Assembly: GCA_963666835.2 (NCBI GenBank)
Contig: CAXXGO010000001.1
Coordinates: 1,568,001 to 1,632,000 of the forward strand
Reading direction: 5' to 3'
DNA: 64,000 bases
Origin: Phycisphaerae bacterium
Lineage (GTDB): Bacteria; Planctomycetota; Phycisphaerae; UBA1845
Of the stretch, positions 58,192 to 64,000 are shown one piece after another. Positions within the stretch are counted from its first letter, which is position 1. Each line of letters begins with the position of its first letter. A program made the position numbers and the translations under genes. The notes under the pieces are model-generated. The model was not told the DNA's origin, searched no databases, and saw only the letters and a program-made list of their open reading frames with translations.

Positions 58192-60444
58192 ATGCACCGT
58201 GAAATCTCCCGTAGCCTATGGAGGCTGGCTCTGGTGGCAGCCATGCCCTTGTTAGTTGTTGCTTTGGTTGGATGCGCGACCACGACTCCGCCGGACGACA
58301 ACACGAACGACAACGGTAATACGAACGCCAACACGAACACGAACGACAACACCAATGTCAACGGCGACCCCAACGGAAACAGCGGAACCGACGACGCAGA
58401 CGGTGACGGCGTTGTTGATGGGTCTGATAATTGCCCTGACGTAATCAACGCGGATCAGGTGGATGGCGACGAGGACGGGGTGGGTGATGCGTGCGACAAC
58501 TGCGCGGATCTGGCTAACGCCGACCAAACCGACACCGACGGGGACGGTGTCGGCGACGTTTGCGACGTAGACGACGAAGACGAGGACGGCGTTCCTGACA
58601 TTACAGACAACTGTCCAGCCGATGCCAATGCCGGACAAGAGGACGGAGACGAAGACTCGGTTGGTGACGTTTGTGACAACTGCCCGGAGTTGGCCAATAC
58701 CGACCAGGCCGATACTGACGGAGACGGTACAGGCGATGTTTGCGAGGACTCCGACGGTGATGGAATCGTGGATGGCTCAGACAACTGTCCGGCCGTTGCC
58801 AACGAAGGACAAGCCGATGGCGACGAGGACGGCGTTGGCGACGACTGTGACAACTGCGTGGAGGTTGCCAATCCCAGCCAGGGTGATGCCGATGACGATG
58901 GCATCGGCGATGCGTGCGACGAAGGCGACACGGACGGCGATGGTATCGCGGACAATGCGGATAACTGCCCGGCCGTGTCGAATGATACCCAGGCGAACGG
59001 CGACGGTGACAGTCTGGGAGATGCGTGCGACAACTGCCCCGCCGCTTCCAATGAGGATCAAGCAGATGAGGATGGTGATGGGGTCGGAGATTCGTGCGAT
59101 GATTGTGCGGGCACGCCGGCCGGGGCGGTTGCGGGGTCGAACGGCTGCGCCGATAGCGACGGAGACGGAGTGAGCGACAACGTGGATCAGTGCCCGGATA
59201 CGCCGAGCGGGGACGTGGTGGATGCCACGGGCTGCACGACGACCGATCCCGTCGTTGGCTCGTGCGGAGATGGGATCCTCGATCCGGATAATTCAGAGCA
59301 GTGTGATCCGCCCGATGGTGGTACCTGCGGGGCTGACTGCAGACTGACCGAGCCCGGTAGTGACTCGTGTGCCGATCCGACGGTTGTCGGGCTGGGCAGC
59401 CGGGAGTTTACCAACGTCGGGGCCGACACCGACGGTCCTGAGGCGTGTACGTTGTTCGGTAATCCCCAGATCGACTCAGATCTCTGGTTCTGCTACACCT
59501 CGTCCGCCAGCGAGACGGTTGTCATCAGCCTCTGCGGAAGCAAGTTTGATACGAAGATGGCCGTCTATAACGGCTGCGACTGTCCGGACGCCACGGATGA
59601 TTGGGCTCGGTGCAGCGACGACAGCTGCGGCGCGGGGCAGGAGACGAGGGTCTCTCTGACCATGGTCGAGGACGAGTCGTATTTGATTCGCGTTGGGGGG
59701 TTCCGCAGTCTGCGTTGTGATGGGGGCACTTCGGACGGTGCGGAGTGCGCCGAAGACGCCGATTGTGTCGGTGGCTCGTGCGAACTGAGCGACGTGGTTG
59801 GGTCAACTGAGCAGGGCGAGGGCATTCTTACAATCTATCGCGATGACGATGCCGACCACGGTCTGAATGCGTGCGGGGCCGGATCCGGGGATTGTTTCAC
59901 TGCTAACGGGTCGCCGGGGTGCGAGTTAGAGCAGGTCTGCATCACGACCTGCACGGCAGATCCGTTCTGTTGCGATTCCCGATGGGATGAGTATTGCAGC
60001 GAAAAGGCTGACGGGATTGCGAACGGCTTCGATACTTGTGCATTAGGGGTCGGCGATTGCTTCAATCCTGATGACCCGGTCACTTGTACTACGGACGAAG
60101 ACTGTCCCACGGGAAGCACGTGTACGGATGATGATGAATGCACGCCGCGGAGTGGATGCGAGGATCAGGACTGTTGTCAGGCTGTGTGCGAACTCGACCC
60201 GTTCTGCTGTCTGACGGAATGGGATTCCAAGTGTGCCGAGTCGGTGTCCGATACCTGTCAGATCTACGAAGTGTGCGGTGATCGGGGAAATTGTTCCGCG
60301 GTCCATGAGACGCCGGGATGCTCCGACGTGGACTGCTGCAACGCGGTCTGTGCGGAAGATGTCACGTGCTGCATGGAAGCTTCCGAAGGTGAGGATGCTT
60401 GGGATCAGGTCTGCGTTGATAAGGCCGCCGAAGTGTGCGACTAG
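58192..60444 (+). CDS. Thrombospondin type-3 repeat, Cys-rich surface lipoprotein
   Basis: Lipobox LVGC; Asn/Thr linker; repeated DNCP..AN..Q.D.D.DGVGDACD; C-terminal DPFCC...WD..C repeats. Confidence 0.88.
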   Translation: MHREISRSLWRLALVAAMPLLVVALVGCATTTPPDDNTNDNGNTNANTNTNDNTNVNGDPNGNSGTDDADGDGVVDGSDNCPDVINADQVDGDEDGVGDACDNCADLANADQTDTDGDGVGDVCDVDDEDEDGVPDITDNCPADANAGQEDGDEDSVGDVCDNCPELANTDQADTDGDGTGDVCEDSDGDGIVDGSDNCPAVANEGQADGDEDGVGDDCDNCVEVANPSQGDADDDGIGDACDEGDTDGDGIADNADNCPAVSNDTQANGDGDSLGDACDNCPAASNEDQADEDGDGVGDSCDDCAGTPAGAVAGSNGCADSDGDGVSDNVDQCPDTPSGDVVDATGCTTTDPVVGSCGDGILDPDNSEQCDPPDGGTCGADCRLTEPGSDSCADPTVVGLGSREFTNVGADTDGPEACTLFGNPQIDSDLWFCYTSSASETVVISLCGSKFDTKMAVYNGCDCPDATDDWARCSDDSCGAGQETRVSLTMVEDESYLIRVGGFRSLRCDGGTSDGAECAEDADCVGGSCELSDVVGSTEQGEGILTIYRDDDADHGLNACGAGSGDCFTANGSPGCELEQVCITTCTADPFCCDSRWDEYCSEKADGIANGFDTCALGVGDCFNPDDPVTCTTDEDCPTGSTCTDDDECTPRSGCEDQDCCQAVCELDPFCCLTEWDSKCAESVSDTCQIYEVCGDRGNCSAVHETPGCSDVDCCNAVCAEDVTCCMEASEGEDAWDQVCVDKAAEVCD

Positions 60445-60612
60445 TGCTACGTCCACTGCTTCTGAGCAGTGCAGCGGTGGGATACCGTAGCTATACGGCC
60501 GGGGGTGTCGGTCCGCCGGCTTCTCGCTCGGAAAGCGTGAATCCGGGCTCTGGCGATAGCGTAGGCGCAGTTCTCGCTCGGGCGGCGAGTCGGTGATATC
60601 AGTGGAGGGGCT

Positions 60613-61095
60613 ATGACCGATCGACGACGAAGAGTGCTCTTTCTGTGTACCGGCAACTCATGCCGCTCCCAGATGGCCGAGGCTATATTGCGCGCGGTTG
60701 GCGGCGATCGCTTCGAAGCCTTGAGCGCAGGATCGCACCCGGCCGGGTTCGTCCACGCGTTGGCGATTGACGCTCTGCGGCGGATGGGGATCTCGATCGG
60801 AAAGCCCGAATCCAAAAGCTGGGACCGGTTTGCGGATTCGCCGGTCGACGTCGTCATTACGCTTTGTGATTCGGCGGCAGCCGAAACGTGTCCGGTCTGG
60901 CCGGGGGATCCGATTCGAGCACATTGGTCGTTGCCCGACCCGGCACAGCATGTCGGACCGGAAGACGAATGCCGCGAGTATGCTCTGCGGGTGGCCAAGC
61001 GGTTGCGCATCAAAGTGCGGGAGCTTGTCAGACTGGATTGGTCGGCGGATCGCACCGAGCTGGAGCGGCAGTTGAGGCGGCTCGGGGAGATCTGA
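60613..61095 (+). CDS. arsC: Arsenate reductase / LMW phosphatase family
   Basis: [36 protein letters not shown]. Confidence 0.88.
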   Translation: MTDRRRRVLFLCTGNSCRSQMAEAILRAVGGDRFEALSAGSHPAGFVHALAIDALRRMGISIGKPESKSWDRFADSPVDVVITLCDSAAAETCPVWPGDPIRAHWSLPDPAQHVGPEDECREYALRVAKRLRIKVRELVRLDWSADRTELERQLRRLGEI

Positions 61096-61125
61096 GAGAC
61101 CGTCCGGCGATCGGGAGTCAAGTCC

Positions 61126-61599
61126 ATGTCCAGCGCCCGGGATGATGAGCGGTACATGACCATCGCGATCGACGAGGCGTCTAGGGCTCAAAGCGACGGT
61201 GACGTTCCGGTCGGGGCGGTAGTTGTGCGCAACGGCCGGGTGATCGGGCGCGGCTGCAATCAACGAGAGAGGCTCAATGATCCGACCGCGCATGCGGAGA
61301 TGATCGCCCTGACGGCGGCGTCCGCAGCGGTAGGAAGCTGGCGTCTGGAGGATTGCACGCTCTATGTTACGTTGGAGCCGTGTGCGATGTGTGCGGGGGC
61401 GCTGGTGCTTGCCCGGATTGAACGGCTGGTATTCGGGGCGGTCGACCCCAAGGCCGGGGCGTGCGTCTCGCTTTTCTCGATTCCCACGGATGATCGGCTC
61501 AACCACCAGGTAGACGTAAGCCACGGGGTTCTTGGCGACGAGTGCGCCATGCTCCTGCGCGACTTCTTTGCAGCGCAGCGGGCGCTGGGTAAGAAATAA
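61126..61599 (+). CDS. tadA: tRNA adenosine(34) deaminase
   Basis: [38 protein letters not shown]. Confidence 0.95.
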   Translation: MSSARDDERYMTIAIDEASRAQSDGDVPVGAVVVRNGRVIGRGCNQRERLNDPTAHAEMIALTAASAAVGSWRLEDCTLYVTLEPCAMCAGALVLARIERLVFGAVDPKAGACVSLFSIPTDDRLNHQVDVSHGVLGDECAMLLRDFFAAQRALGKK

Positions 61600-61735
61600 G
61601 CGGCGTTGGCGGTTGCGGGCGTTGTTGATTCGGCACGGCGGGCGGGATCCCGCCGCCCTCCGGGTGCCGGACGACGCTTCACGCAGGTCGGCGTCGTTCG
61701 GCACCCCAAGGCGCCGGGTGTTGGTGTACTACCTA

Positions 61736-63187
61736 CTATCCGCCGAGCAACTGCAGCACGTTCTGAGACTGGGCGTTGGCGATGGCGAGAATGCTGTTGC
61801 CCGCCTGCACCAGAATCTGCGCTCGGGTAAGCTCCGAAGTCTCTTGCGCGAAGTCGGTGTCGCGGATGACCGACTGCGAGGAAGTTAAGTTCTCCGAAGT
61901 AATCTGCAGTTGGTTGATATTCGGCTGCAGAGTATCTCGCTCGAACGCGCCAAGTCGTCCGCGTAGGACCGAGACCTGCGTAGTGACTTCATCAACCACG
62001 TCGGAGGCCTCTTTGAAGTTCTCGCTGTGCAGCGAATACCGCTGCCCGCTCTTCAGCTCGGACAAGTAACCGACTAGAGCGTTGCCGAGCTTGTTGGCCT
62101 GCATGCTCTTTACGCCGATGTTGTCCTGCAGGTTGGTGTTGACCTGCGGTCCGAGCTGGAACAGAGCTCCGCCGTCCGTGATCGCAAAGTCTGACGTGCC
62201 CAGACCGGTGGATCCACCCCCAAACGTGGGGCTCAAGGTGAGCTGCGCCTTGAGATTGGTGGTCCTCACCGAGAGCTTAAGTCCATCCGCTCTGCCCGAC
62301 ACTCCGTTGATAGTGGCGACGGCGTCGATTCCGGTAGTGCGGATCACCTGAGAGTCATTCCGATCAACGACGGTGAAGTTCGATTGACCCGCCATCTCGG
62401 TAACGGCGACGAAGGCTCTGCTGCCGTATTCCTGGCTTGCGATGCTCACCCCGCCGACCCCGCTTGTGCCGATCAGAGAGGCGACAACGCCCGTATCATC
62501 GCTCTGGGCATTGATCGCGGTGACGATGTCGTTGCTGGTAGCGCTGGCCGGGAAGCTCAACGTGATGATGCCGTCGGGTCCGGCAATGTCCACCGTAGCG
62601 CCGTTGGCTCCAACGGTCGATTGAGTATACCGAAGTTGAGCGACCGCCGCTGACGTCGACACGTTGACTTCGACCGGTACGTAGGCCCGGGTCCCGAACT
62701 TCGCTCCAAGGATGGATACGTCGGCGAGCTCGCTGGTGTTGACCCCGCTGACTACGTAGTCGAGTTCACCATTGAGCAGTTTCCGTCCGGCGAAGTTGGT
62801 TGTATTGGCGATACGGGTGATTGAATCGATCGATGCGTCTATCTGAAGCTGGTTGGCATCGACCTCCTCGTCTGAGAACGCTCCCCGGTTGGCTGCCTCG
62901 ATGACGAGGGCCTGAATGTCGGTGAGCAAAGAGGCGACCTCGTTAAGCGCTCCTTCGGTGGTTGCGATGACGTTGATGGCTCGGGCGGAGTTCTTCACCG
63001 CCTGATTGACCGCCGCGATCTCGGAACGCAAACGTTCCGATACAATGAGACCGGCCGGATCATCCGCTCCGCGGTTGATTCGCAATCCGCTGGCGAGCCT
63101 TTCAAGCGACAGGCTCAGCGAACGTTGCGACACAGCTAACTGCCTCTGTGCAACAACGGAAGGGATATTACTATTGATCCGTGACAT
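61736..63187 (-). CDS. fliC: Flagellin
   Basis: SRINSN...LERLASGLRINRGADDPAGL; IRDTDFAQE..ELTRAQIL...ANAQSQNVLQLL; RBS AGGAGG. Confidence 0.96.
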   Translation of the reverse strand: MSRINSNIPSVVAQRQLAVSQRSLSLSLERLASGLRINRGADDPAGLIVSERLRSEIAAVNQAVKNSARAINVIATTEGALNEVASLLTDIQALVIEAANRGAFSDEEVDANQLQIDASIDSITRIANTTNFAGRKLLNGELDYVVSGVNTSELADVSILGAKFGTRAYVPVEVNVSTSAAVAQLRYTQSTVGANGATVDIAGPDGIITLSFPASATSNDIVTAINAQSDDTGVVASLIGTSGVGGVSIASQEYGSRAFVAVTEMAGQSNFTVVDRNDSQVIRTTGIDAVATINGVSGRADGLKLSVRTTNLKAQLTLSPTFGGGSTGLGTSDFAITDGGALFQLGPQVNTNLQDNIGVKSMQANKLGNALVGYLSELKSGQRYSLHSENFKEASDVVDEVTTQVSVLRGRLGAFERDTLQPNINQLQITSENLTSSQSVIRDTDFAQETSELTRAQILVQAGNSILAIANAQSQNVLQLLGG

Positions 63188-63257
63188 GAGCAATCCTCCT
63201 TGATTAGCCCGGGTGTCTTCTTGAACACCCTAAGAGGGTCTCCATTCCTGGAGGTTC

Positions 63258-63587
63258 CTATCCTTGTGTCCGGCGAGGCTCGCTCGGCCGGTTCGACTTT
63301 TCCGAGGTTCCATTCTGGTTTTCTGTACGTTGCCCGCCGCCGACCTGTCCCTCTCGGGGCGGGCCCTGATCCGGCTCGACCGGTATGGACAGGTCTTGCG
63401 GATTCAGCTTGGCGGCTTGCTGGTTCTCACGCTTTATGGCTTCGTAGACTTCCTTGCGATGAACCTGAATGCTCCGCGGGGCGGTGATTCCCAAGCGCAC
63501 CTTGTCCCCGCGAATATCAACGACCGTGATTTCGACTTCATCACCGATCATGATGGTCTCATCGCGTTGTCTCGATAGCACCAACAT
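63258..63587 (-). CDS. csrA: Carbon storage regulator CsrA with C-terminal extension
   Basis: [51 protein letters not shown]. Confidence 0.96.
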   Translation of the reverse strand: MLVLSRQRDETIMIGDEVEITVVDIRGDKVRLGITAPRSIQVHRKEVYEAIKRENQQAAKLNPQDLSIPVEPDQGPPREGQVGGGQRTENQNGTSEKSNRPSEPRRTQG

Positions 63588-63807
63588 ACTTGGCTCCTTC
63601 CTTGCAATGCCGATGCGTCGATTGTACACCTCGCGCCGGTAGCGTCGTCGGTGCGAAACCGTCCCCGGGAGGGCTGAGCCCACCAAGGAGCGCTTCGCAA
63701 CTCCGGCTGCCCGACACGCCGACTGTGGATCCGGTCAGCGACGCGGAACCGGCTTCGTTCAATTCGAAGCCGCTATCCCGTCCGTCCGACGCGGTTCGCA
63801 CATTCCG

Positions 63808-64000
63808 CTAGGCCGTCTTGCCGAGGGCGGCGGGTTTGGACAACCGCATCAGGGGATGCCGGGTGGAATACCGTTTGTCACTCAGCACAAGCTGGCGTCC
63901 GTGACGATTCGCCACGTTAATGACCAACGGTCCCTGGCAGTTGCCGGTGAGGAGGTCGTTCACCTTGTTGACGATGATGAACACCTGCGCGCTCTCGACG
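63808..64000 (-). CDS. fliW: Flagellar assembly factor FliW, C-terminal part
   Basis: Manual translation: ...VFIIVNKVNDLLTGNCQGPLVINVANRHGRQLVLSDKRYSTRHPL...; lies upstream of csrA. Confidence 0.88.
   Translation of the reverse strand, partial: VESAQVFIIVNKVNDLLTGNCQGPLVINVANRHGRQLVLSDKRYSTRHPLMRLSKPAALGKTA

Noticed and set aside
58290..59230. Regularly spaced repeats suggesting a CRISPR array
   Set aside because: They are degenerate in-frame TSP3 coding repeats; no cas genes or identical direct repeats.

Overview
GC-rich bacterial chromosomal window, probably a Planctomycetota (Phycisphaerae-like) anaerobe. That assignment is inferred from a DUF1559-type prepilin protein, IPTL-CTERM and dockerin-like tails, and the groEL-groES-groEL-dnaJ-grpE-FmdB-yacG gene order. 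Three regions stand out. (1) A ~910-nt ORF-less group II intron-like RNA (3187-4096) with a non-canonical catalytic domain V (AAC triad, CC bulge) and a non-GUGYG 5' end. It sits in a REP-like palindrome that its EBS1 matches 7/7. (2) A ~18-kb molybdenum/tungsten island. It has a ModE-box-led operon encoding a DUF1559 protein, three surface proteins built from one repeated OB-fold-like unit, a Cys-less molybdopterin-domain lipoprotein and a full ECF transporter, which together form a candidate Mo/W-cofactor uptake system. Beside it lie an NTPase, a ModE-like regulator, a MobB-like protein, fdhD and a selenocysteine formate dehydrogenase operon with a tetraheme cytochrome lipoprotein. (3) A six-gene operon with a beta-decarboxylating dehydrogenase, two single-chain aconitase-family enzymes, an HD protein, a CitD-CitE fusion apparently lacking the prosthetic-group Ser, and CitF. 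The rest is largely ordinary: htpG, reductases, a hybrid kinase/HD-GYP pair, proteases, a chaperone operon behind a sigma54-type promoter, cysS, ispF, a TSP3-repeat lipoprotein, arsC, tadA and fliW-csrA-flagellin. All family calls are from motif recognition by eye; no searches were run.
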